Under the pieces are notes generated by a model that worked only from the letters and a program-made list of their open reading frames with translations, was not told the origin of the DNA and made no database searches. From an uncultured Candidatus Rokubacteria bacterium (lineage in GTDB: Bacteria; Methylomirabilota; Methylomirabilia; Rokubacteriales; CSP1-6): a DNA stretch of 64,000 nt. Shown here one piece after another: positions 32,518 to 45,107 of the stretch (its first letter is position 1; each line of letters begins with the position of its first letter). Position numbers and translations under genes: made by a program. Where the stretch lies: contig CAVXJS010000010.1 of the NCBI GenBank assembly GCA_963762145.1, forward strand, positions 256,001 to 320,000, written 5' to 3'.

Positions 32518-33381
32518 CTACTTATACCACTTGTTGCCGCCGGCCTTCCACTGATCCTGATCGTGGCCGAAGTAGATGTCCGCGTTCTCGAGATCGCGGA
32601 TCATCTTCAGGCGGTTCACCGAGTTGTTGTAGTCCTTGACGCTGTAGTTGAGCCCGGCCGGATGACCTTCCATGTTCTCCTTCATCCAGATGGCGTCCTG
32701 GGCCAGGACCATCGTCTTGCCGCCCGCGAGCTTGATCCGCACCGACTGGTGGCCGAGGGTGTGGCCCGGGGTGCTGAGGATCGTGACCGAGCCGTCGCCG
32801 AACAGGTCGTAGTCGCCGTCGAGCTCCAGGTAGTTGAACTCGCGGGCCGGCCCATCGAAGTCCGCCATCACGAAGGCCCCGCCGTCCCGCTGGAACTTCT
32901 CCGGCCACCACGCCTGATACAGCTCCTTCTTCTGGAGGACGTGGACCGCCTTCGGGAACATCTTGATGTTCCCGATGTGGTCCAGGTGGGAGTGCGAGGT
33001 GATCACCGCCTTGACCTGGTCGGTCGAATACCCGAGCTTCTTGAGCTGCGAATCGATGGTGTCTTCACGCTTCTGGCTGGGCTTGAGGAAGTCGCAGTTG
33101 CCCGCCGCCCAGTGGCTCTTGCACTTGCCGTCGATGATCGCGTTGTTGTTGCCGGTGTCGAAGACGACCAGGCCCTTCGGATGGTCGATGACCCACATGC
33201 TGACCGGGATCGTGATGTCGCGCGCCTGCTCCTTGGGGATGCTGGGGATCAGCCCCTGGATGTTGAACGGGCCGAAGAGCCCGCTGCTCGCCCAGTAGAC
33301 GCCCTTGACCTGCGCGTCGGCGGCGAGCGGGAGCACGAACGAGCAGCTGAGCAGCACCGCGAGGATTCCGAACTTCTTCAT
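32518..33381 (-). CDS. Secreted metallo-beta-lactamase-fold protein, N-acyl homoserine lactonase family
   Basis: Signal peptide MKKFGILAVLL...ADA, FDTG, SHSHLDHIG, DLFGDG, TPGHTLGH, FGHD; SD GGGAG. Confidence 0.88.
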   Translation of the reverse strand: MKKFGILAVLLSCSFVLPLAADAQVKGVYWASSGLFGPFNIQGLIPSIPKEQARDITIPVSMWVIDHPKGLVVFDTGNNNAIIDGKCKSHWAAGNCDFLKPSQKREDTIDSQLKKLGYSTDQVKAVITSHSHLDHIGNIKMFPKAVHVLQKKELYQAWWPEKFQRDGGAFVMADFDGPAREFNYLELDGDYDLFGDGSVTILSTPGHTLGHQSVRIKLAGGKTMVLAQDAIWMKENMEGHPAGLNYSVKDYNNSVNRLKMIRDLENADIYFGHDQDQWKAGGNKWYK

Positions 33382-33551
33382 GGCGGGATCTCCCTTGACC
33401 CTTCTCCGATCAGAGCACCGCACGACTGCTGACCCGGCGCGACCATAGCGCGAGGGTTCGCCGGATGTCAAGGTGGCGCGCAGCAGGAGCCCCGGGGGGT
33501 CCTTCCCTGCAAAGTTGACAACTTGCACCCACTAAACATAGGCTGAGCCCC

Positions 33552-35903
33552 ATGCAGATCCGGGAGCTGCTCGACGAGCTCTTGACCTCGCTGGAGACGG
33601 GGCCCCTCATCACCGCGGTCCGGCACTTCGACGCCAAGCCCCCGGTGTTCGCCCCGTTCCCGTCGTCCCTGGATCCCAGGATCGTCGAGGCCCTCAAGGC
33701 GCGCGGGGTGCAGCAGCTCTACTCGCACCAGGCCAAGGCATTCGACACGGTGGCCAAGGGCGAGCACCTCGTGGTGGTCACGCCGACCGCGTCCGGCAAG
33801 ACGCTCTGCTACAACCTGCCGGTGCTGCAGGCGCTGGTGCAGCAGCCCGAGGCGCGGGTGCTCTATCTGTTCCCCACCAAGGCACTCGCCCAGGACCAGC
33901 TCGCCGAGCTGATGGAGCTGTCGAAGTCGCTGCCCGACATGCGGATGTTCACCTACGACGGCGACACCCCGCAGGACGCGCGCCGCTCGGTGCGGGCGCG
34001 GGCCAACCTGGTGCTGACCAATCCCGACATGCTGCACTCCGGGATCCTGCCGCACCACACCAAGTGGGTGAACCTCTTCCAGAACCTCAAGTACGTGGTG
34101 ATCGACGAGCTGCACGCCTACCGCGGCGTCTTCGGCAGCCACCTGGCCAACGTGCTGCGGCGGCTCAAGCGCATCTGCCGGCACTACGGGGCCACGCCGC
34201 AGTTCATCATGGCCTCCGCCACCATCGCCAACCCGGGGGATCTGGCCCAGCGGCTCACCGGCGAGACGGTGGTCGAGCTCAACGAGAGCGGCGCGCCCAC
34301 CGGCGAGAAGACCTTCATGGTCTACAACCCGCCGGTGGTGAATCCGGAGCTCGGCATCCGCGCGCCCTATCTCGGCGAGGCGTCCAAGCTCGCCACCCGC
34401 TTCCTGAAGCAGAAGGTCGCCACCATCGTGTTCTGCCAGAGCCGGCTCTCCACCGAGGTGGTGCTGGCCTCGATCAAGAAGGGAGTCGAGGACAAGACCG
34501 GCGATTCCGGCATCGTGCGCGGCTACCGCGGCGGATACCTGCCGCTCCGGCGGCGCGAGGTGGAGCAGGGGCTGCGCTCGGGCGACGTGCTGGGGGTGGT
34601 GTCGACGAGCGCGCTCGAGCTGGGGATCGACATCGGGCACCTCGACGTCGCGGTGCTCGCGGGCTATCCCGGCACCATCGCCTCGATGTGGCAGCAGGCG
34701 GGCCGCGCGGGCCGGCGCACCGGGGAGTCCGCCGCGGTGATGGTGGCCACCAGCTCGCCGATGGACCAGTACCTGGCCGCACATCCCGACTACCTCTTCG
34801 GAGCGTCGCCCGAGCACGCGCGGATCAATCCGGAGAATCCGTTCATCCTGATCAATCACGTCAAGTGCGCGGCCTTCGAGCTGCCGATCGGAGCGGAGGA
34901 GGCCTTCGGCGGCGACGTGTCGGCGCACCTGGCCGCGCTCGAGGACGAGGGCGTGCTCCACCGGGCGGGCGAGCACTTCCACTGGAGCTCGGAGACCTAC
35001 CCGGCCGACCACATCTCGCTCCGCACCGTCACCTCCGATAACTTCCTGGTCATCGACACCACCGCGCGCGACGCGGCTCAGGTGAAGCGTCGGCAGATCA
35101 TCGCGGAGGTGGACTGGAAGAGCGCCTTCTCCATGATCTATCCGAAGGCGATCTACATGCTGGAGGGCGACCCTTTCGAGGTGCAGGAGCTCCACTATCG
35201 CGAGGACGAGGAGAAGGTGGCCTACGTCAAGCGGGTGGCGGTGGACTACTTCACCGACGCGATCAGCGCCAAGGGCGTGTGGATCCTCCAGCGCTTGAGC
35301 CGGCAGGAGACCCCCGGTCTGCTCGCGGAGCAGGGCGAGGTGCTGGTGGCGGAGAAGGTCGTCGGGTTCAAGAAGATCAAGATGGGCACGCTGGAGAACG
35401 TGGGCTCGGGCGAGGTCGAGCTGCCGCAGCAGGAGATGCAGACCACCAGCGTGTGGCTCACGCTGCATCCCGGGCTGCTCGCCGAGATCTCTCCGCGGCG
35501 CGACGACCTGGTGGACGGGCTCCGCGCCCTGACCCATCTCCTCCACAGCCTGGCCCCGATCTTCCTGCTGTGCGACATCCGCGACGTGGGGGCGTGGCTC
35601 GGGGACGGCTCGCCGTCCCAGGCCGGGCAGGTGGTGACGCGCGAGACGATGCGGGCCCAGCTCCTCCAGGGCGAGACCTTCACACCGACGATCTACCTCT
35701 ACGACAACCAGCCCGGCGGCATCGGCCTCGCGGAGCGCATCTTCGAGGTGCTGCCGGATCTGCTCGCGCGCGGGCTCGAGACGCTCGGGGCCTGCGGCTG
35801 CCGGAGCGGCTGTCCCTCGTGCGTGGGGCCCGTGAACGAGGTCGGACGCCAGGCCAAGCCGATCGCGCTCGCGATCCTCAAGCGCCTCGTGGCCCGGCGC
35901 TGA
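33552..35903 (+). CDS. DEAH-box helicase with DUF1998 (MrfA/YprA/Hrq1 family)
   Basis: TPTASGKT, PTKALAQDQ, IDELH, ALELGIDIG, QQAGRAGR, C-terminal CGCRSGCPSC. Confidence 0.93.
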   Translation: MQIRELLDELLTSLETGPLITAVRHFDAKPPVFAPFPSSLDPRIVEALKARGVQQLYSHQAKAFDTVAKGEHLVVVTPTASGKTLCYNLPVLQALVQQPEARVLYLFPTKALAQDQLAELMELSKSLPDMRMFTYDGDTPQDARRSVRARANLVLTNPDMLHSGILPHHTKWVNLFQNLKYVVIDELHAYRGVFGSHLANVLRRLKRICRHYGATPQFIMASATIANPGDLAQRLTGETVVELNESGAPTGEKTFMVYNPPVVNPELGIRAPYLGEASKLATRFLKQKVATIVFCQSRLSTEVVLASIKKGVEDKTGDSGIVRGYRGGYLPLRRREVEQGLRSGDVLGVVSTSALELGIDIGHLDVAVLAGYPGTIASMWQQAGRAGRRTGESAAVMVATSSPMDQYLAAHPDYLFGASPEHARINPENPFILINHVKCAAFELPIGAEEAFGGDVSAHLAALEDEGVLHRAGEHFHWSSETYPADHISLRTVTSDNFLVIDTTARDAAQVKRRQIIAEVDWKSAFSMIYPKAIYMLEGDPFEVQELHYREDEEKVAYVKRVAVDYFTDAISAKGVWILQRLSRQETPGLLAEQGEVLVAEKVVGFKKIKMGTLENVGSGEVELPQQEMQTTSVWLTLHPGLLAEISPRRDDLVDGLRALTHLLHSLAPIFLLCDIRDVGAWLGDGSPSQAGQVVTRETMRAQLLQGETFTPTIYLYDNQPGGIGLAERIFEVLPDLLARGLETLGACGCRSGCPSCVGPVNEVGRQAKPIALAILKRLVARR

Positions 35904-35916
35904 CCCGACCGCTCCC

Positions 35917-37140
35917 GTGGCGCGTGATCTCACCGAGCTGACCCGCATCATCCGCCGTATCGAGGCGAAGAGCCGCGAGCGCCCGGCCGCGGGCTCTCCT
36001 CGATCGCTCGAGACGCTCCTCGACGGCGCCGTCGAGGAGAACGAGCGGGGCAAGCTCCTGGTGGTCCGCCGCCGGTTCCCGGTGGGCCACCGGCACGGCG
36101 CACAGCCGCTGCTGGCCGCGCGCGACGCCACGCCGGCCGCGCTGGCCTTGCTGAGCCGCGGCGGCGAGACGGTCACCGACGGGCGCCGCCTGCTCTACCT
36201 CGACACCGAGACCACCGGGCTCGCGGGCGGCACCGGCACCTACGCGTTCCTGGTCGGCGTCGGCTTCTTCGACGGCGACGAGTTCGAGGTGCGCCAGTTC
36301 TTCATGCGCGATCTCGACGAGGAGCCCGCGCTGCTCACCATGCTCGAGGAGACGTTCCGGAAGTTCGACGGCTTCGTCACGTACAACGGGGCCGGCTTCG
36401 ACCTGCCGCTGCTCGAGACGCGCTTCGTGCTCGGCCGGCGACGGTTTCCCGGCGAGGTCTTCCACGTGGACCTGCTCGGCCCCGCCCGGCGGCTCTGGAG
36501 CGCGCGACTGGTCGACTGCCGCCTCGGAACCGTCGAGCAGGACGTGCTGGGCTTTCTCAGGGACGACGACCTGCCGGGCGCGTTGATCCCCACGGTGTAC
36601 TTCGAATACCTGCGCCGGAAGCGGCCCGACGAGCTGCCGCGCGTGTTCGAGCACAACCGGCACGACATCCTCTCGCTCGTCGCCCTCACCGGCTGGGTCG
36701 CGGACGCGGTGGCGCGCGCGCCGCATCCCGAGCTCGATCCGGAAGCGCTCGCCGGTCTCGGCCGGATGCTCGAGGTCGCGGACCCGGAGCGGAGCCAGGC
36801 CTGCTATCGGCTGTCGCTCGACAGCGGACTGCCGACGCCCTCGCGCGAGCGCCTGCTGCTCCGGCTCGCGCACCGCGAGAAGCGCCTGGCGCGCTGGGAC
36901 GAGGCGCGCGCGCTCTGGGAGGCGGCGGCCCGCGCGCCGCGCGAGTTCGACCCGCGGCCCTGGGAGGAGATCGCCAAGGTCCACGAGCACCGCCGGCGTG
37001 ATCTCGCGGCCGCCGTCGAGGTGGTGGAGCAGGCCCTCGCGCTCGCCCGGCGGCACCGGGCCTCCGCGCGGGTGCTCGCCGCGTTCGAGCACCGGCTGGA
37101 TCGGCTGGGCCGCCGCATCCAGATGGGTGCCCGAGTAGCT
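35917..37140 (+). CDS. RNase H-like (DEDD) exonuclease with TPRs (MrfB/YprB family); frame stays open to 37458, true end unclear
   Basis: YLDTETTGL, TYNGAGFDLP, HVDLL, HNRHD, EIAKVHEH. Confidence 0.85.
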
Positions 37141-37149
37141 TTTGTTCGA

Positions 37150-37217
37150 GCGCCGGCTTTGCCGGCGCAACCCGTTTCGGGGGAGGTTCGGAGGGGGCCG
37201 TCGAGGCCCCCTCCGAG
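37150..37217. repeat. Composite double-hairpin element
   Basis: gcgccggc-ttt-gccggcgc and tcggagggggcc-gtcga-ggccccctccga between convergent genes. Confidence 0.7.
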
Positions 37218-37223
37218 CAGATC

Positions 37224-37862
37224 TTACCGACGCTCGGCAGCCAGCCTGATCCCGAGGGCGATCAGCACCGCCCCGCTCGCACCCTCGAGCCGGGCGCGCC
37301 AGAGCCGGCTCTCCACCAGCGGGCGGATGCGTACGAGCGAGAGCGAGAGCAGCGAGAGCCACACGACGCCGATGCCGATGTGCAGCCCGGCCAGCAGCAG
37401 CGACCGCGCGAGCACCGGGTCATCCGGGCGGATGAACTGGGGCAGGAAGGCCAGATAGAAGAGCCCCACCTTCGGGTTCAGCACGTTGGTGAGCAACCCT
37501 TCCAGGAAGGACCGGAGCCGTCGGGACCCGGTCGGCACGGGATCCGCCGCCGCGGCCTTCGGCGCCGCGGCGTCCACCCGCCACCAGCCCCGGATCGACT
37601 GGACGCCCAGGATGATGAGATAGGCCGCGCCGCCCCACTTGAGCGCCTGGAATGCCTCCGCCGAGCGCACCAGGATGAGCGAGACGCCGACCGCGGAGAG
37701 CCCGGCATGGACGACGCAGCCGGCGGCGATGCCCGCGATGGTCGCGAGCCCGGCGGTCCGGCCCCGCCCGAGAACATTGCGGGCCACCAGCAGGGTGTCC
37801 GCCCCCGGGGTCACCGCGAGCAGGGTCGCCACCAGCAGGAAGGCCCAGAGCTGCGGGTCCAT
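37224..37862 (-). CDS. LysE family translocator
   Basis: TPGADT, LKWGGAAYL, GLLTNVLNPK...FLPQF. Confidence 0.93.
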   Translation of the reverse strand: MDPQLWAFLLVATLLAVTPGADTLLVARNVLGRGRTAGLATIAGIAAGCVVHAGLSAVGVSLILVRSAEAFQALKWGGAAYLIILGVQSIRGWWRVDAAAPKAAAADPVPTGSRRLRSFLEGLLTNVLNPKVGLFYLAFLPQFIRPDDPVLARSLLLAGLHIGIGVVWLSLLSLSLVRIRPLVESRLWRARLEGASGAVLIALGIRLAAERR

Positions 37863-37912
37863 GGCCGCATTCTAGCCGGTGCGCCCGGGGAGGCCCACCC
37901 GACCCTTTAGGT

Positions 37913-37948
37913 TTGACACACTTTGATGATTAGGGTAGCCTCACCTTC
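37913..37948 (+). promoter_or_regulatory. Sigma70 promoter with overlapping DtxR/IdeR-type operator
   Basis: TTGACA (37913)-17 nt-TAGCCT (37936). TTAGGGTAGCCTCACCTTC (37930-37948) versus consensus TTAGGTTAGCCTAACCTAA. Confidence 0.75.
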
Positions 37949-37984
37949 CGCTTCACCCACCACGGCAGGCGAGGGGAGACGACC

Positions 37985-39007
37985 ATGGCGGCACGAGGGA
38001 CGAGACGAGGCGGGGCCCGGATCCTGGCGGTGGCGCTCGGACTGGCCGCCGGGAGCGTGGCCTCCGCGGGCGAGAGCGCGGAGGTGATGGTCTACTCGGC
38101 GCGCGCCCACTACGGGCAGGAGCCGGCGATGGAAGCCTTCACCAAGAAGACCGGCATCGTGGTCAAGAGCTTCGGCGGCGAGTCCGGTCCGCTCTTCGAG
38201 CGCCTGAAGGCGGAGGGCGACAAGACGCCGGCCGACGTACTGATCAGCGTGGACGCGGGCAACCTCTGGAACGCGGCGCGCGCGGGGCTGCTCGGCAAGG
38301 TCGACTCGCCCGAGATCCAGGCCAATATCCCGGCCCACCTGCGCGATCCCGAGAGCCGGTGGGTCGGGCTCACGGTGCGCGCCCGCACCATCATGTACAA
38401 CACCACCAAGGTCAAGCCGGAGGAGCTCTCCACCTACGAGGCGCTCGGCGACCCCAAGTGGAAGGGCCGGCTCTGCCTGCGGAGCTCGACCCACATCTAC
38501 AACCAGTCGCTGCTCGCCACCATGATCAAGCGCTACGGCGAGCCGAAGACCGAGAGCATCGTGAAGGGCTGGGTCGCGAACAATCCCACCCTCATCCAGG
38601 GCGACACCAAGGTCCTGGAGGCGGTCGCGGCCGGGCAGTGCGACGTGGCCCTGACCAACACCTACTACCTCGGGCGCATCCTCGCCAAGGACGCGACGTT
38701 CCCGGTGGCGGCCTTCTGGGCCAACCAGCAGACGACCGGGACGCACGTGAACATCTCGGGCGCGGGTGTCACCACCCACGCGAAGAACCGGGCCGAGGCG
38801 ATCAAGCTGATCGAGTTCCTCACCAGCCCCGAAGCCCAGCAGATGTTCGCCGACGCCAACTTCGAGTATCCGGCGAATCCGCAGGCGGGCGTGAATCCGG
38901 TCATCGCCAAGTGGGGCAAGTTCAAGCAGGACGACACCAACGTCGCGGCGGCCGGCGAGTTCCAGGCGGCCGCGACCAAGCTGGCGGATCGGGCCGGCTA
39001 CAAGTAA
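37985..39007 (+). CDS. Fe(III) ABC transporter substrate-binding protein (FbpA/FutA family)
   Basis: VYSARAHY, EGDKTPADV, RSS.HIYNQSL, NTYY, GTHVNISG. Confidence 0.93.
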   Translation: MAARGTRRGGARILAVALGLAAGSVASAGESAEVMVYSARAHYGQEPAMEAFTKKTGIVVKSFGGESGPLFERLKAEGDKTPADVLISVDAGNLWNAARAGLLGKVDSPEIQANIPAHLRDPESRWVGLTVRARTIMYNTTKVKPEELSTYEALGDPKWKGRLCLRSSTHIYNQSLLATMIKRYGEPKTESIVKGWVANNPTLIQGDTKVLEAVAAGQCDVALTNTYYLGRILAKDATFPVAAFWANQQTTGTHVNISGAGVTTHAKNRAEAIKLIEFLTSPEAQQMFADANFEYPANPQAGVNPVIAKWGKFKQDDTNVAAAGEFQAAATKLADRAGYK

Positions 39008-39014
39008 GTCCGCG

Positions 39015-40670
39015 GTGTCGGTAGGGTCCGCCGTCCGCGCGCTCGCGCGGCGGCCGGTGGGGCCGTTCCTCTGGACCTGGCTCGCGGTGGGCATCGCGAC
39101 GGTGCTCGCGGTGCCCATCGCGGCCGTCGTCTCCTCCCTCGCGGCTCCCGCGGGCGACGTGTGGCTGCACCTCTGGCGCACCCAGCTCCTCGAGCTCGTG
39201 AGCCAGACCCTCCTGCTGCTGGTCTCGGTCGGCGTCGGGACGCTGGTGGTCGGGGGCGGGCTCGCCTGGCTCGTGGTGCACCACCGCTTCCCCGGGCGCG
39301 GCGTGCTCGAATGGGCGCTGATCCTGCCCCTGGCCGTACCGGCCTACGTGATCGGCTTCGCGTTCATCGGCCTCTTCGAGTACGCGGGGCCGCTGCAGAG
39401 CGGGCTGCGCGGCTGGCTCGGCCCCGGCGTGCGGCTGCCCGAGATCCGCTCCTACGGGGGCGTCGTGGTCATGATGACGCTGGTCTTCTATCCCTACGTG
39501 TACCTGCTGGCCCGCGTGGCGTTCCGCGAGCAGGGCGCCGCCTCCGTGGAAACGGCCCGGATGCTGGGCCGCTCCCGGACCGGCGCGTTCCTGCGCGTCA
39601 CGGTGCCGATCGCGCGCCCGGCGCTGGTGGCCGGCGTGGCCCTCGCGATGATGGAGGCGCTCGCCGACTTCGGCACCGTGGCCAGCTTCGGCTACCGCAC
39701 GCTCACCGAGGCGATCTACCGCGTCTGGTACGGGATGTTCGATCGAATCGCGGCGACCCAGCTCGCCAGCGTGCTGCTCCTCTTCGCGGCGGGCCTGCTC
39801 CTGCTCGAGCGCCATTCGCGCGGTCGCGCCCGCTTCACCCAGAGCGGCCGGCGCGGGCCGGTGGTGGAGCCGGTGCCCCTCGGCGGGTGGCGGGCCGTCG
39901 CCGCGACCGGCGCGTGCGTGGGCGTGCTCACGCTCGCGTTCCTGCTCCCGGTGGGCCAGCTCGCGTGGTGGGCGCTCGGCGCGATCCGGGCGAGGCAGGT
40001 GGCGCCCGACTTCGGCCCGCTGCTCTGGCACACCTGCGCGCTCGCCGGCGCGGCCGCGGCGGTGGCGTCCCTGCTCGCGGTGCTGCTGGCCTACGCGGGG
40101 CGGCTGCACGGCACCGCCACGGTGCGCGTGGCGGCCCAGCTCGCCTCGATGGGGTACGCGCTGCCGGGCGCGGTGATCGCGGTGGGGGTGCTGCTCCCGC
40201 TCGCCTGGGCCGATCACGCCCTGGTGCCCTCGCTCGAGCGCGCGCTCGGCCGGCCGCTCGGGCTGCTGCTCACCGGCTCCGCGGCGGGCCTCATCCTCGC
40301 CTACGTGGTGCGCTTCCTCGCGGTGGGCCTGCAGACGGTGGACGCGAGCCTCGGCAAGATCCCGTCGAGCCTCGACGACGCGGCGCGGGTCCTCGGCGCC
40401 GGGGCGGGGTCGGCGCTCCGTCGCGTGCACCTGCCGCTCATCCGGGGGGGCCTGCTCACCGCGATCGTGCTCGTCTTCGTCGAGACCATGAAGGAGATGC
40501 CGGCCACCCTGCTGCTGCGTCCGTTCGGGCTCAACACCCTTGCCGTGGAGATCTGGGAGCGGACCGCGGAGTCGCAGTGGCAGGAGGCGGCCGTGCCCGC
40601 GCTGACCCTGGTGGCGGTCGGGCTGCTTCCGGTGGTGCTGCTGATCCGCCTGACGTCGTCGCGGCGGTAG
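39015..40670 (+). CDS. Fe(III) ABC transporter permease (FbpB/FutB)
   Basis: PLAVPAYV, YPYVYL, MEALADFG, GYALPG, KEMPAT. Confidence 0.93.
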   Translation: MSVGSAVRALARRPVGPFLWTWLAVGIATVLAVPIAAVVSSLAAPAGDVWLHLWRTQLLELVSQTLLLLVSVGVGTLVVGGGLAWLVVHHRFPGRGVLEWALILPLAVPAYVIGFAFIGLFEYAGPLQSGLRGWLGPGVRLPEIRSYGGVVVMMTLVFYPYVYLLARVAFREQGAASVETARMLGRSRTGAFLRVTVPIARPALVAGVALAMMEALADFGTVASFGYRTLTEAIYRVWYGMFDRIAATQLASVLLLFAAGLLLLERHSRGRARFTQSGRRGPVVEPVPLGGWRAVAATGACVGVLTLAFLLPVGQLAWWALGAIRARQVAPDFGPLLWHTCALAGAAAAVASLLAVLLAYAGRLHGTATVRVAAQLASMGYALPGAVIAVGVLLPLAWADHALVPSLERALGRPLGLLLTGSAAGLILAYVVRFLAVGLQTVDASLGKIPSSLDDAARVLGAGAGSALRRVHLPLIRGGLLTAIVLVFVETMKEMPATLLLRPFGLNTLAVEIWERTAESQWQEAAVPALTLVAVGLLPVVLLIRLTSSRR

Positions 40671-40680
40671 CCCGCGACCG

Positions 40681-40716
40681 CCCCTCACCCTGCCCTCTCC
40701 CCTGAGGGGAGAGGGA
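40681..40716. repeat. REP-like palindromic repeat between convergent genes
   Basis: cccctcaccctgccctctcccctgagggggagaggg, same family as 5.7, 7.2 and 12.3 kb. Confidence 0.8.
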
Positions 40717-40729
40717 CATGAGGTGGGGA

Positions 40730-41758
<1,029 letters not shown>

Positions 41759-41760
41759 GG

Positions 41761-42756
41761 CTAGGCGCGCTTCAGGGCCTCGGGATTCACCGGGGACGGC
41801 GGCGTCTTGCCCTCCAGGACCGCCAGGCAGTTCTCCACCGCGAGCGTGGCCATCTGAAGCCGCGTCTCGTGCGAGGCGCTCGCGATGTGGGGCGCCAGCA
41901 CGACGTTGGACAGGTCGATCAGCCCCGGGTGCACCGTCGGCTCCTCCTCGAACACGTCGAGGCCCGCGCCCGCGATCCGGCCCTCGGTGAGGGCGGCCAC
42001 CAGCGCCGCCTCGTCCACCACCGGGCCGCGCGCCGCGTTGATCAGGTACGCGGTCTTCTTCATGGTCCGCAGGGACTCGGCGTTGATCAGGTGGCGCGTC
42101 TCGGGGATGAGCGGGGTGTGCAGGGTCACGAAGTCGGACTCCCGCAGCAGGGTGGCCAGGTCGACGCGGGTGGCGTTGAGCTGGCGCTCGGTGGCGGGGT
42201 CCGCGGCCACCGCGTCCTGGTAGAGCACGCGCATGCCGAAGCCCAGGGCGCGCCGGGCCATGGCCCGCCCGATGCGGCCGAAGCCGACCACGCCGAGCGT
42301 CTTGCCGTGGACGTCGCCGCCCTGCAGCAGCATGTACTCCCACTGGCGGAAACGGCCCTCGCGCGTGTAGCGATCGGCCTCCACCAGGCGTCGGGCCGTC
42401 GCCATGAGCAGGGTCCAGGCGAAGTCGGCGGTGGTATCGGTCAGGACGTCGGGGGTGTTGGTGACCACGACGCCGCGCCGGGTGCAGGCCGCCACGTCCA
42501 CGTTGTTGTAGCCCACCGCGACGTTGGAGACCACGCGGAGGCCCGGCCGCGCCGCGAGCAGCGCCTCGTCGATGACCTCGCTGATCACGCAGATCAGGCC
42601 CTGCTTGCCGGCCAGGCGCTCGAGCAGCTCCGCCCGAGGCATGGGCGCGTCCTTGGCGTACGCGTCCACCTCCGCGCGGCTCCGGGCGAACTGGACCGCT
42701 GGCTCGGGGAGCTGACGCGAGATCAAGACCGCGGGTCTACCGGCGCCAGTGGCCAT
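41761..42756 (-). CDS. D-2-hydroxyacid dehydrogenase (glyoxylate/hydroxypyruvate reductase)
   Basis: AVGYNN, TNTPDVL, GFGRIG, NAARG, LDVFE.EP, PHIAS. Confidence 0.93.
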   Translation of the reverse strand: MATGAGRPAVLISRQLPEPAVQFARSRAEVDAYAKDAPMPRAELLERLAGKQGLICVISEVIDEALLAARPGLRVVSNVAVGYNNVDVAACTRRGVVVTNTPDVLTDTTADFAWTLLMATARRLVEADRYTREGRFRQWEYMLLQGGDVHGKTLGVVGFGRIGRAMARRALGFGMRVLYQDAVAADPATERQLNATRVDLATLLRESDFVTLHTPLIPETRHLINAESLRTMKKTAYLINAARGPVVDEAALVAALTEGRIAGAGLDVFEEEPTVHPGLIDLSNVVLAPHIASASHETRLQMATLAVENCLAVLEGKTPPSPVNPEALKRA

Positions 42757-42800
42757 GGATTTACCTTTCCAAGGTGCTTATTTTCAAGGCTATTTTGAAA

Positions 42801-42853
42801 TTGACATCGTCGGAAGCGCTGCTATATTAGCACTCGGCTTGGTTGAGTGCTAA
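42801..42853 (+). promoter_or_regulatory. Sigma70 promoter and CIRCE (HrcA operator)
   Basis: TTGACA 42801, TATATT 42823. TTAGCACTC-N9-GAGTGCTAA at 42827-42853 is a perfect CIRCE. Confidence 0.97.
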
Positions 42854-42912
42854 GCTCTGCAGCGGGACAACCCGCAAGGCCCAACATCTTACTATCTGGA
42901 GGCGCGTTGACT

Positions 42913-43200
42913 ATGAAGATTCGTCCGTTGCATGACCGAATTCTCGTGAAGCGGGAGGAGGAGAAAGAGGTCAAGAAGGGCGGGATCATCATCCCGGACA
43001 CCGCGAAGGAAAAGCCCCAGGAGGGGAAGGTCGTCGCGGTGGGGGGCGGGAAGGTGAACGAGGACGGCAAGAAGATCCCCCTCGACGTGAAGGCCGGCGA
43101 CAAGATCCTCTTCGGCAAGTACTCGGGCTCCGAGGTGAAGCTGGACGACGAGGAGTACCTGATCCTGCGCGAGGAGGACGTGCTCGCCATCATCGAATAG
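42913..43200 (+). CDS. groES: Co-chaperonin GroES
   Basis: [12 protein letters not shown]...[16 protein letters not shown]. Confidence 0.99.
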   Translation: MKIRPLHDRILVKREEEKEVKKGGIIIPDTAKEKPQEGKVVAVGGGKVNEDGKKIPLDVKAGDKILFGKYSGSEVKLDDEEYLILREEDVLAIIE

Positions 43201-43322
43201 CCCCCGGAAGGGGAATAGCTCTCCGGAAGAGCGGCGAGGGGATCGAAGCGCGCAACCCAAACGAACCCGGTCGGGCCCGGTAGCGGGCGCGGCCAATTCC
43301 ATCGAATCGGAGGAGACTCAGC

Positions 43323-44942
<1,620 letters not shown>

Positions 44943-44973
44943 GCCCGGCGAGCACCGCCGGATCCGCGGAGCG

Positions 44974-45012
44974 CGGCCCTTGCCGGCGACGGCAAGGGCC
45001 GTACTCTTTCTT
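44974..45012 (+). terminator. groEL terminator
   Basis: cggcccttgccg-gcga-cggcaagggccg followed by tactctttctt. Confidence 0.7.
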
Positions 45013-45107
45013 GCACTCTTGACCGAGGTTGTCTTTCGCGGCAGCCTCTGGTAACGTTAAGCGCTTCAAATAGCGAGACTTAGCGAAATTGGCGAGGAGG
45101 TGAGTGC

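Noticed and set aside
33552-35903. DISARM/Druantia defence system (DUF1998 helicase)
   Set aside because: No methylase, DrmA/DrmC or Dru genes nearby; the partner is a YprB-like exonuclease, as in MrfAB.
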